Positions 27,245-40,250 of a stretch of 64,000 nucleotides of DNA are shown one piece after another. The notes below the pieces were generated by a model that saw only the letters and a list, made by a program, of their open reading frames with translations, was not told the origin of the DNA and ran no database searches. Made by a program: the position numbers and the translations under genes. Numbering within the stretch: position 1 is the stretch's first letter; each line of letters begins with the position of its first letter. Source of the stretch: Octopus sinensis (Eukaryota); contig NC_043005.1 of assembly GCF_006345805.1 (NCBI RefSeq), forward strand, positions 59,954,001 to 60,018,000, written 5' to 3'.

Positions 27245-27461
27245 TTGTACTTGTTTCAGTCATTTGACTGCGGCCATGCTGGAGCACCGCCTTTAGAGTG
27301 GTGAAAGAGTACAGCAGGGATCACCACCTCCTGCCGGAGCCTCGTGGAGCTTTTAGGTGTTTTTTCGCTCAATAAACACACACAACGCCCGGTCTGGGAA
27401 TCGAAACCGCGATCCTCCGACCGCAAGTCCGCTGCCCTAACCACTAGGCCATTGCGCCTCC

Positions 27462-27462
<1 letters not shown>
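27245..27462 (-). mobile_element. tRNA-headed SINE (family C) joined to a family B 3' tail
   Basis: Reverse complement reads tggaggcgcaatggcctagtggttagggcagcggact..ggtttcgattcccagacc (A and B boxes). 27245-27292 is the family B terminus. Confidence 0.85.
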
Positions 27463-27493
<31 letters not shown>

Positions 27494-27531
27494 ATGTATG
27501 TATGAATAAATACTTATGTTAGATTCTGTAA

Positions 27532-27592
<61 letters not shown>

Positions 27593-27862
27593 TGAATATT
27601 TGTACGTAAGTATATTGCAATTTGTAGACTTTGCGTTTGTCGTTTAGTATGTTGTAATTTTGTATGTTTGTTTGTCTACCTTTTCTACTATTTATGTATC
27701 TCAGTAATTATATTCATATTTAAATTTACTTATTTCTATCTTGATCGATCCCTTTCTTCAAATTAGCGATCAATCGAAAAGTTTTCTTGGCTCGTATTTA
27801 AATGTTTTCCATTTCTTACTCTTCTCTATCTCATTGAATACAGACACATACACGCACATGCA

Positions 27863-27975
<113 letters not shown>

Positions 27976-28224
27976 ACAGACACAGACACAGACACACACA
28001 CACATATATATATATATATAGATTTACAGACACAAACGCTTATATACACACACAGAGAACTTTTCAATTCATCTTAAAATATGCAGTCATTTGCATCTAC
28101 GTAAGAAATTTTAAAATGTAATACTGGTGGCAAATCGACTTGAAGAGCAAAAAAAAAACACTATAAGAAAGCATATTTAGAAAGTTATACCCACACATTT
28201 ACACATGCATTTTCCTGTGCAACA

Positions 28225-28298
28225 GCAACAACAACAGTAATGTTAATAATATAATGATAATAAAAATAGTAATAATCATAATACAACATATTATAATA

Positions 28299-28373
<75 letters not shown>

Positions 28374-28398
28374 TACTACTACGACTACGACTACGACT
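28225..28398. repeat. Compound (AAC/AAT/ACT/ACG) array
   Basis: Directly visible. Confidence 0.95.
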
Positions 28399-29729
28399 CC
28401 TACACACGCATATACACTTGTAAATATGAGCGTAGAACATTTATGAATATGCATTCTTGCATTTTTTTTCAAGTTTTAAAGTTGATTTGCCGCCGGTTAT
28501 CACATTCATACATATACTTTTACGTTCTGAGACATGCTTGCTTTAAAGTAGCTGAAACACCCCAGCGCCCTTACTCATTCACGGATACAAACACGTACAC
28601 TGAACTACATACGTAATAGACTCACACAAATATAGTTGTTGAAATTATATGATAGAAAAATAAAAATAAATTTTTCAATGCTTGATGTATATTATGTTCC
28701 CGATATATTTTCTTTCTATTCATTTTTTTTTCATAGACATATTTTTCGCTGAATTCATGTGAGGAGCTGTCGGAAAAGCCGTAGGCAGATTTGTTACAAT
28801 ATAGCATGTCAGTTTTCAGATGAAAGGGTGTTTACTTGGATACAAGAGGTTAAGATTAATATATATTATAGAATTACCATTCATTCAAATGGATTATTCA
28901 CACATAAAAAAAAAAACAACTGTCAAATGGAATCCTTGATATATAAAAGGATTAATTCAGTAGATTATATATATTCACCTAAATGTTGGCAATAATCAGA
29001 ACATGATAAATACGAGCAAACATCGATTCCTAACGTAGGCGTGATGTCTTAAATTTAATAAAGGTATTTACATAATTCCATCATATACAATGCATATCGC
29101 CCCTCTTATATCTTCTTTCAGAGACTAGCTGTACTATTTAATCGAGGAGTTACAAGGGCCTTTGTTGATGTAAGATAGTTTAGTTTCTGAGTGGATTTTC
29201 TAAAAGCCTATATAAGTTTGGTGTATAGGGAAAAAAATTCAAGAAAATTCCATCTGTAAAATTTACCATAACTATTATTTTCACTCTGAAGTCGTTACGT
29301 AACGGTCTTATACTTTTCTGAATCTATCACGTTTGTGCCAATTCATTGTCGGAGACATGACTTCACTGCGACTCATTTGAAAACAAAAGATGTGAATTTG
29401 TGGGTGAGTAAGCTTGAAATGTATAGCTCTATTATGCCGCATAGCCTATGTCGTTGTTTGCACTTATGCTGAAGCCAGATGTATCATCTGAGTACGATTT
29501 TCTTATCGAAATGATGTCTTTATCGGAACGTAGGATTTTCCTTCCGTTGTGTGTAGTGTTTCTTTTTCTCTCTTTTATGGTATCAAAGCTGATAACGATT
29601 TTCTAATATCCAATGAATAGCGTCTAAGAAGCAGAAAGGTAAAATATTACCTCGAAATGGATAAATTTGGATTTATTTTTCTCCCCGATTTTATTTAACC
29701 ATTTAATTGCTGTATAGCTATTTTTAAAA

Positions 29730-29908
29730 TCCTAGAGATTAATTGCAGCGTGGAGGGTGTTTATAAATCATTTAAGAAACACACAAAACCGTTAGATTCA
29801 ATTTAATTTTTCAAAATATTTTCCTCGCTTTGAGACCCCGACCTGTTCACTGACAAAACTTCGTGCACACGATCTCAGATCAGGTCACTTGCTATGCAAG
29901 TACATCTG
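29730..29908 (+). repeat. Dispersed repeat (MITE-like) shared with 40060-40250
   Basis: A segment of about 135 bp is the reverse complement of 40060-40195, while a segment of about 40 bp is a direct match to 40210-40250. Confidence 0.7.
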
Positions 29909-30724
29909 GAGATTAATTATTTTTCTGATATTATCTCTATATTTTTGCTAAATTATTTTCTTCTTGATTAGTCGTATCTGGGACGTTATGAGGTTAGAAT
30001 CCTTTATTTAATGCTTGGAGTTAAAGTTTTTTTCTTGTTTTGAGGTATAATAAATACTTTGTGTTTGGTTAGTGTTGCTAGTTTGGTATCTACTTTAAAT
30101 CCAGTGTCATTATTTTTATTTCTTCAATATCACATTATAATGTCTATTTTGGAATTCCTATAATTTTCGGTCATATTGTGTATCGGTATAGTTGTTTGCG
30201 GATATTAATTTCATATTTCTTGTTGTTCTTAATTTTTATTAAAGGAATGTAATTATTAATAGAATGTTTAATATTAGTCTCGAATTTCAATTTATTTTGG
30301 AATGAGTCAATTTTCATGCAAAAGTTAGCTTTTATAATGTCGGATTCAAAGTTCCATAAACATTAACATTTGATGGCAGGTTACACGTTTCGATATCGCA
30401 TTAGTATAGAGGGTCCTGCTGAACACCTAAGTTGCAAAACAGTCCATTTTATCGAATGCCACTTATGGCAAAACTAAGTATGACCAAATGAATTTCATGC
30501 ATAAATTAGTTGGAAGGTATTGATATATTAAATGAAAGAAGTAGCTTGTACAATTTTATTATCTCTGTTTATTATCTCTGTTCAATTTTATTATCTCTGT
30601 TTGCACATGTGCAAACAGCCATGCTACACAACTGAAACATGGGACATGACTGATGAGGACAAGCGTCGGCGTGAATGAAATGAAACAAGTAATATCCGCT
30701 GGATCTGAAATGTCAGTGTGCATA

Positions 30725-31593
30725 CAAAGGTCTCTGTATCTTGTCATTGCTTCTGTGAGGCCCAACGTTAAAAGATCGAACTTCGCCACCTCATCTCATC
30801 TCACCATGGGAGCTTGTACTCTGTCGTATATAAGCTCCCTGAGAGTAAGGACAGAGTATAAGCTCCCTGAGAGTAAAGACAGAGTATAAACTCCCTGAGA
30901 GATAAGTTGGATGTAATAAGCATCATAGGTGGTGTGCAAGAGAGACGATTGTTCTGGTATGGTCATATGCTGCATATGGATGAGAAGAGTTGTGTAAAGA
31001 AATGTCACACTTCAACAGTGGAAGGAACCTGTGTGAGAGGTAGACCCAGGGAGAGATGGGATTAGGTGGTGAAGTATGATCTTTTAACCTTGGGACTCGC
31101 AGAAGCAATGACAAGAGACAGAGGCCTTTGGAGGTATGCTGTGATTGAGAAGACCGGCAATTAAAGTGAGATCGCTGTTGTGGCTAATAGCAGTGTCGCA
31201 TAACCAAACCATTTAAAAGTAACCTTGAATCTCCGGGTGAAACACTGTGCTTGAGAAGCCCTGTTGTGTCGTGTGAAATCGTAATTGTAGCCGATACCAG
31301 TGCCGTCTGACTGACTAGCTCCCTGTGTCGGTGGTCGATGCCAGTGCCCCACGACTGGCTCGCGTGCCGGTGGCACTTAAAAAGCACCTTCCGAAAGTGG
31401 TCGATGCCAGCGCAGCTTATTGTCTCCTGTGGTAGTGGCTCGTAAAAATCACCCTTTACACTCGCAGAGTGGTTGGTGTTAGGAAGGGCATCCAGCTGTT
31501 GAAAATTTGCCAGATCAGAATGGAGCCTCAGTCAAACCCATGCCATCATAGAAAACTGACGTTAAACAAGGGTGATGATGATGATGATGATGA
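30725..31593 (+). mobile_element. 5'-truncated RTE LINE (C-terminus + 3' UTR + (GAT)n tail) with an inverted duplication at its 5' junction
   Basis: SLRDKLDVISIIGGVQERRLFWYGHMLHMDEKSCVKKC..VEGTCVRGRPRERWD; 3' end ttaggaagggcatccagc...gacgttaaac followed by (GAT)n. Confidence 0.85.
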
Positions 31594-32179
31594 TATATAT
31601 GTTGTGTTTGTGTGTGTGTGTGTTTGTGTATGCATGTAATGACAGTACGCTATCACACATACTCACATGTAGATAGAACTTTCGTATTTCTGTATGATTT
31701 TCTTTGTGCGTGTTTTATGATCTCTATCACATACACACAAAATTTGCTTTTAGGTATTAGGTGAGGTGAACCTTACATTTTGAACAATGTATCAATTTTC
31801 TGTTTTACCTAAACATTTGTAACATTTTGTTGCTACTCCTACATATGTTTTTTTATTACCCTACATTACCGAGCTCTATTAACGTTTAAAGTTCTTCCCT
31901 GTCTTATATTCTTTATATCATAACAGCAGAGCCACCTGCGATTGTCACTTCAAAGTTTATTGTTGGTAGGTGAAAATCACGAGACTGATATATCTGCTTT
32001 TCGTTCGTTATTGTTAGATAAGGAATTTATTGACAGTTGATATCGGGTTTATTTTAGAAAGTCGCTAATATTTTCAACTCGAGTGTTACATTATATATGA
32101 ATGTAATTATCATTTCTACTTTTGGTTTGGAAGTTTTATGTAGCATATTAGTGTTATCATAGAACATAGAAGCAGCATA

Positions 32180-32345
32180 CCTAACTTTCAACAGAGTCGA
32201 TACACACTCGTAGGAAATTGAACAAATTGAGAAATGTCAAGAAATAGTCAGGGACCTAAAGAAACTGACGAAGGCTAAGACAACAATTATTCCTGTGGCA
32301 TTTGATACACTTCACAAAAGACTCGAAAGATTTTGGGGATTTGAG
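32180..32345 (+). mobile_element. Degenerate RLE C-terminal fragment (R4/NeSL-like)
   Basis: EIEQIEKCQEIVRDLKKLTKAKTTIIPVAFDTL resembles the KExEKxxKYxDL..W..IIPIV.GALG pattern. Confidence 0.4.
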
Positions 32346-32829
32346 CAGACTTCTGGTCAACAATCACCATGATATCATTCCTGATCTTTAATTTGGCATG
32401 TACTAGCTTGATAATAAGAATCTAAAACGATAATCAACTCGATCCAACATTTTCTATATAAATGCTTTTTAGAAGTTATATAATGGAGTCGTATAATATA
32501 TGTTCATATGTTTATCGGAGAAGTACGTAGAGCATTTAACAAAAATACCCTTTTAATTTTCTATTTTGTAAGATGTTTCACTAATGCCATTGTGCATAAA
32601 TAATACAAAATATACTAGAAGATTTGTATAGTTATTTTTAATTCCCCAGATGTTACCAAAAACATCTTAAATGATCTATTGTGATTCATAACCATTATTC
32701 CTCCTTGTACATATTCTATCTCATGTGCCATATGTGAGTAACATCATGAGTAGGTACTGACAAGAAGGTTCAGTGACATGTGGTAACAATTCTATCAGTA
32801 GTTCAGTATAAGAGTGAAATATGCGATAT

Positions 32830-33210
32830 ATCGCCCAGGAGGAAAAGAAACTTCCACAAGCGATATCTACAAAAGTTCCTCAAAATCACCACAGCAGATA
32901 GAGTGACTTCCACAATGAAATTCGAAGGCACAAAGAAAGATTGAAGCACTACATCGCTTCTTTTAGCCAGCTCATCAACCAGATTGCAAAGAATGAAATG
33001 TCTCTGACTCAGGGTGAAGGAAAGCGGTAAAGTCCAATGGATATTTCAAGAGTTTATGAAACCAGACGAAACCATGTGAACAGAAGCGGATACAAATCTG
33101 GCCCATCAATCAGGCTTGCTGCTTTAAACATTCCCACAAAGGAGGAGGATTTGAATAATCCGCGTTTAGGCTTTGTCATGTGTTTTCCCAAAAGCGTTTG
33201 GAACAGTTGA
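32830..33210 (+). mobile_element. Degenerate RTE-type LINE post-RT fragment
   Basis: FHKRYLQKFLKITTADRVT..NEIRR..IEAL...SQL, followed by frame-broken matches to the QKRRYK region. Confidence 0.55.
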
Positions 33211-34183
33211 AGGTGATATATTTTAATGATGGTTGTTGATGTTTCACCATAAATATATGATTACCTAAGCAGAATTCTTATGAAAACTGATAGATCTATG
33301 ATCATTAGACCTTCAAAACGATCACTTTATGCATACGTGATCGTTTTGAAGACATGGTTTCATATCCTAGTAGCTTAGGGAGTGACTAGGTAAAGGTTTC
33401 CCGAGATATAAGACTAGGATAAGAAAAATCGTGTGCTCTTGATTATATATTTCATACTATAGTTTTGTTGACACCGAATTATTAATACAAATAATTTAGT
33501 AGATCGAACTAACATGTTTGAATGACGCAATAGAAGAGGCAAAGCATTTGGCAAACAAAAGACGATATATAGAGATAGATTCTCTCCTTATTGAGTAAAA
33601 TAGTCCTGATAAATAAACACATCAAACGCTTACCTGCAAGTCAATACATTAGGAACAAACTAGTATTAATAATGTATTATACCTGAAACCTTGAAAGATT
33701 CCTCCTCAAACAACCACAAATCAATAAGTTACAAATATTTTAAACGCTGTCATTCAAAAAAAATTATCTCTGATGATGGAATACATAGTGTATGTTGACC
33801 CATCATCTGGGATATCCCAGAAACAGCTGTAAGACATGAATTACTTATACTTCTCCATTTTTGATTCCCCTTACTCTAATAAAAATATTTTAAATTACCA
33901 GCCCTGCCTTGGATTTCTTTTCCCTTTTCCTTTAATACACACACACAGAGGCACACACAAACGCACACACACACAAATATATCCATTCTTTGTGCGTAAC
34001 TATCTATCTCTACATATGCATATGCATATACATTGCATATATATATATATATATATGTACATATAAATATAAATATGTAAGTACAATTCTAGACACATAC
34101 ATGTTTGTATATATGTGTGTGCTCATGCGTGCGTGTGTGTGTCTGTATGTGCGTGCATATGTATGTATATGTATATATATATG

Positions 34184-34272
<89 letters not shown>

Positions 34273-34407
34273 CTGTACACACACAGAGAAACAGACGCAT
34301 ATATTGAGTTGTGCAACAACTTTTGACTTCACAAAAAGCATTAAAAGTAAGCGTGTATTTCTTTTAGAAAGCATATTTTAAATACATAGAAATGATCACA
34401 GATGGAA

Positions 34408-34459
<52 letters not shown>

Positions 34460-34815
34460 TCCGATAGGCATAAAACTCGCCATACACATTATCAAATATA
34501 TATATATAAATATGTTAATACACATATATTCACAAACACGTATATATGTTTATAATGTTCGTGTATATTTCTGAGTGTTTGTGCGTGTGTATGTGTGTGT
34601 GTTTGTGTATACGTGTATATACATCAGATGAATTTTAAGCAGAATTACAGAATGACAAGAAGACATCATTGAAAAATTAGTGAAGGAAAGACTCAAATTT
34701 GCTTGAGGATATATATGAAATCTACCAAGTATAGATTTCGATAAAGTAAAATAAAAAAGATTAAACTATGAAATATATAGTTACATAATTAGATTAGTAA
34801 GAAATCTGTCACTCT

Positions 34816-34890
<75 letters not shown>

Positions 34891-35070
34891 TACATATATA
34901 TATGTATATATATACTTATACACATGTCTATACATTTATATAACATCGTTTACCAAACGTTATCACATATATTCATAATATTTACCTAAGGTTTTAATTC
35001 CTTCATACATATACATAGAAACATTCATACATACACATATACATGCGTGTATATCTATGCACACACATAC

Positions 35071-35122
<52 letters not shown>

Positions 35123-35284
35123 ATAGATAAGACCTACTTGGCAATATATGTATGTATACATACATACGTATATATAGAGTTAAACACATTTGTAATCTGA
35201 TGAGTACACAATGCATGAAAGCGCTAAATTTGTTAAAATACCATAAGAAACGTGAAAACCAGACCGTATTTTAACTTTATTCAA

Positions 35285-35332
<48 letters not shown>

Positions 35333-35367
35333 GTCATATTCGTGTATATATACATAGATACATATAT

Positions 35368-35575
<208 letters not shown>

Positions 35576-36386
35576 TTTTATTCCCACCTCTTCGAAACTT
35601 ATCCCTCTTGGATTTTATTTCCACCCTCAAGCAATTGCTCGATTTCTTTAGACTTCCCTTCACTAACTTTTCAATGATATATTCTTGTCACTCTCTAATT
35701 CTTTTTCCAAATCTTCGTAATCCACGCTATAAATAAATATTATTTTCCTTCCTAATTAGAATTAATCGTGGTATGCCACCTCATATCTAAAGTGTACTGT
35801 GCTTCCCCTAGGTAACTTGCATATTTTTCTCACCTTTTATTTGGTCTTTAACTGAATTTATTTTAAATTCATTATTACACATAATTCTTAACATTCATAT
35901 ATACTAGCACATGGAATCACTTGTTTATGATCACTATAAACATCCAATATTTTATCTTTCCACCACATATAATACAGAGCATTTTTCCATTGCACCAACG
36001 GCCAACTAATTAAATTGTTTAATCATTCATATAACTTATGTTCGATTAGAAAATCTTTTGCCGGAAGCTTATACCTAACGAAAGACATTAACGCGTCTAA
36101 ATTTACTTCGAATACTTTTGTTTTAATTTCTATCAACAATAGTCTCTCATATAATGCGTACCAATCTTATTCCTTACTAAACAAGGGCTTTTCGCACACA
36201 CCGCTTTTGTTTTAACTTGTTGAGTCAGATTTTCCACGGCACCACAAAAATGTTTCTGGCCTAATTTTAAAATATTATGTAAAGTTAATTTTTCCCTTTC
36301 CATTATATATATGTGTGTGTGTGTGTGTATGCATACATGCATATATATCTAGGTGTGTATGTATGAGTGTAGTGTGTGTGTATTTG

Positions 36387-36483
<97 letters not shown>

Positions 36484-36599
36484 TCGATCAATCTTTCGAT
36501 TCCCCACATTAGGATCAATTTTGTCTTCGTTTTCGATTTCCATTCAGACTACAACCTGTTTATTAATATTTCCCTGCATTATATTTTCTGCCATGTGAT

Positions 36600-37030
36600 T
36601 ACCATTCGTTCGGAATGAAAAAGTTTGCAATTTATAGTAGTGCCTTTACGAAAAGAAGAGTAAATAGTTACAACAGAAAAGCAGCTTGGAGCTTTAGGGA
36701 GAATGTGCGAAAGATATACAGTGATATAGTTATGAAAATCTTAGAAAGTCTACCCTTGAAGATGGAACTGAAAGTTATACCAAAAACCGAACGGGACGGC
36801 ACTCCATAGTAACAAAGATCCGGTTTTCTCTGTCTAGAATGAGGATCCAGCATGGTAACAACTTGGGTTTCAAGGGTCCACAAATATTCAACAATCAGCC
36901 TTAGAGGTTTGTGGAGATCTTCAGAGAGAATCTAGACAAATTCTTATCTGGAGTGACTGATGATTCAACATCATTTCAGGAGGCACAAAAGCATAAAAAT
37001 GTCAACTCCGTTGAAATCCCTATCTAACCC
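36600..37030 (+). mobile_element. Degenerate CR1-like LINE 3' region
   Basis: KILESL.., GFKGPQIFNNQP and FRENLDKFLSGVTDDSTS..NS motifs, typical of CR1-group C-termini. Confidence 0.6.
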
Positions 37031-37089
37031 GGAATTATATCTAAGTGTGTGTGTATAAATAACTAAATATTCAAATGAATATTCGCAAA

Positions 37090-37259
<170 letters not shown>

Positions 37260-37606
37260 CATAGTTATATTTTTATAACGTGCTTTCACTTCACTACCGA
37301 GCGCAGCTCTGTGTGCCTTGGGTATGTGCTGTGATTTGTTGTGATGCTCTGATAGTTACTGTATTGAAAGTGCTCTGCGTAGGATGTGTGCAGTGCCTAG
37401 TAGTGCAATTTTCTGTATGTTATATGTGTTTGTAAGTCCTGGTGTTTTTGTTATGTATTTGTCTGAATATTTTTTATCATGCCTAATGCACCTACTATGC
37501 TAGGAATTGTTTCTGTTTTTAGATTCCACATTCTAGTTACCTCTATTTCCAGGTCTTTGTATTTTGAAACTTTCTCCATTTCTGTTAAAGACACGTTGTC
37601 ATCTGC
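37260..37606 (-). mobile_element. Short 5'-truncated Dong insertion inside (TAA)n
   Basis: Near-identical to 24119-24473 (ADDNVSLTEMEKVSKYKDLEIEVTRMWNLKTETIP + 3' UTR). (TAA)n on both sides. Confidence 0.95.
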
Positions 37607-37628
37607 TATTATTATTATTATTATTATG

Positions 37629-37685
<57 letters not shown>

Positions 37686-37695
37686 GTTATTATTA

Positions 37696-37750
<55 letters not shown>

Positions 37751-37758
37751 CATTATTA
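37607..37758. repeat. (TAT)n array
   Basis: Directly visible. Confidence 0.97.
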
Positions 37759-38022
37759 GCAGAAAATCTAAAATATTGATAATAATAACAACAATAACAT
37801 TCGTGGTAGCAAGCAATATCAACATTAAATCGCTATAGAGTAAATTCATACTTTTTAATAGAGGGTACACCAAGCACCTGCTTGCTAGAAAGGAGAAACA
37901 AAATCCTCAACTTATCTACAAATCTCATTGAAAATACACTACGGACCAACAGGAAACGGGCAAGCAGACAAAATTTAACATATTATCTCAGTTAATAAGT
38001 TGTAGAATGAGGTAACAGATAT

Positions 38023-38075
38023 ACCTGGATCATAATTTTGAATTTTGGCCTCTGCCTTAATTCTCGTCAGCAGGT
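38023..38075 (-). ncRNA. Minimal type-I hammerhead ribozyme fold with G12A core substitution
   Basis: Minus strand reads ACCTG-CTGACGA-GAATT-aaggcagaggccaa-AATTC-AAA-ATTATGAT-C-CAGGT. Stem I is 5 bp perfect, stem II is 5 bp perfect, stem III is short and quasi-palindromic, and the cleavage triplet is AUC. Confidence 0.7.
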
Positions 38076-38414
38076 CTTGCCATACCTAAAATGAAAAATT
38101 CATATATAAATATATATACGTATATAAATATAAATAAAGATAAATACATACATAATTCAATTCGTCCTTAGTCGAAAGACACCTGTTGTTATGTCCTGTT
38201 ATTATTTTTGTTGTATTTATTATTGTATTTATAATGCTGTTAGCTTAGGTTTTCCTTGGGGCTGGCCAGATTGGAGCAATCGCAAGAATAATCAGCCGAA
38301 ATTGCGATGATAATCTGGTGCCTGACTGAGGATAGAGGGCTTCGAATGACCTGTTCTTGTTTTCTTTGCATCGTCTATCTGGATGTTTTGTTGTCCCATT
38401 TATGCATATACATA

Positions 38415-38596
<182 letters not shown>

Positions 38597-39256
38597 TTAT
38601 ATATACATACATACATACAAATATATGGTGCACAGTTAATGGGCTGGCTGTGGTGCTGAAGCAGGAGCAATAATCTCTGACCTGCATATACATCCGTTAA
38701 CTATTCTTTTAAACCTTCCATTGCATCGTTTACATAGGTGTATTCGTTTACGAAACGTCGTGATTTGTAGTGCTGGGCTTAAATTCAATTGTAAAGGTCT
38801 AGAGATACAGATAAAATTGAAAAATAATGCATTGCTGACTTAGCATATGTCACAGTATTGACTTATAAACCTTTATAATCCTCTAATATGCTGAGTAGTA
38901 TATTATGGGTACTAAACGAAATACGTCGTGCCTAACAATTCTTTTTTAGGTATGTACCAGATGCCAGGGATATGTTTAATATAAAAATTAGTCTATCAAG
39001 ATGTGTTAGTGTTTAACAGGGTGGTTATTTAAGAAATGTAGGACAGTTAATGTGTTGGATATAATGCTTATGAAGCAGCAATAACTCCTAGACTATGTAT
39101 ATATACCCATTACCAATTTTACTGTCTTCTATTTTGTTTGCCTGGATGTATTATTCATAGAAAACGTCATAATTTTCAGTGTTGTCCCTAAATTCTATAG
39201 AAAATCTGTACAAATACTCTTATATGCATATATAAATGTATGTATATACACACAGA

Positions 39257-39928
39257 TACCTAGTATGATCAATAAGTATCCGGATTGTTGCTATAGTAAC
39301 GAAGCTAAAGCGCGCAAGGTGAGCTGCTTGGCACAGATTGACCTTGAGAACTCTACTATGTATGCGCACTAAGTTTTAACCTTTTAGTTTACTCCTGCTG
39401 ATTACAGAAGTGCTTGGAAGGAAGGTGTGTAGAATATGACCGTCGCATTGATCACGACAGAAAAAGTTCAGCAGGGAATCTGCATCAAATTTTGACAAAA
39501 TCTTGGCGTCACCTGCTCAGCGGCCTACGTAAATTTTCAACAATTTTTCATCATTCACAACACTGTCAAGGAGATCTTGTGCATCTGAAACGCGAGTGTA
39601 TTTTTGGCCGCCTGAAAGCAGTTTTGTCACAAATGTAGCAGACACGCATCTCATACCCAATATAATCGGTGATAATGGACTGAATTGAACCGTAACTAAT
39701 ATGCACATCCACTGATAACACATGGATGGTGATTCGACGATTTCTCCTCGCAGATGCACACACATCTGTGATTTTTTTTATCAGTTCTGCTGGTTGTGAG
39801 TCTCCTAGGACCTTCGTCAATATCGACATTTTTTCGGCCATTTTGGAAACGTCTGAAACATTCGTACATTATTGTGCGATCCATACACTCCTCTCCTTAC
39901 TGTTTCTGGAATTTTGCGTCAGCCTATG
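39257..39928. mobile_element. Mariner-type transposon relic; 5' part on +, continuation on -
   Basis: Plus strand: TIR-like start, then TEKVQQGICIKF..NLGVTCSAAY. Minus strand: CMDRTIMYECFRRFQNGRKNVDIDE..RRITIHVLSVDVHISYGSIQSII..DAQDLLD. Confidence 0.85.
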
Positions 39929-40059
39929 ACAACTTTCTCTGTTATGGTAGATAGGTAAGTAGTAGGTAGGTAGGTAGGTAGGTAGGTAGGTAGATAGAAT
40001 GGTAGATAGACATACACGTGTGTGTGTTTGTGCATTCTTAAATATTGAGGAACAGCACG

Positions 40060-40250
40060 GATTTTTGTCAGTGAACAGGTCGCGGTCTTAAAGCGACGAA
40101 AATATTTTGACAAATTAAACTTAAATGTTGAAGTGAATCGAACGGCTTTTGTGTGTTTCTTAAATGGCTTACAAACACCTTCCACGCAGCAATTGTTTTC
40201 GTTTCAGCACACGACCTCAGATCAAATCACTTGCTATGCAGGTACATCTC
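40060..40250 (-). repeat. Second copy of the MITE-like repeat
   Basis: Homologous to 29730-29908. Confidence 0.7.

Noticed and set aside
27292-27462. tRNA-like sequences (also 20321, 41931, 49339)
   Set aside because: They have A and B boxes but no complete acceptor stem, and they continue into shared SINE bodies. They are SINE heads, not tRNA genes.
30829-30902. 28-bp direct repeats resembling a CRISPR array
   Set aside because: They are head-to-tail with no spacers, derive from RTE coding sequence, and lie in a eukaryotic context with no cas genes.
33629-33645. CAG|GTAAGC on the minus strand as a recursive splice site (similar AG-GTAAGT at about 58738)
   Set aside because: A short motif expected by chance, and no host transcript has been established.
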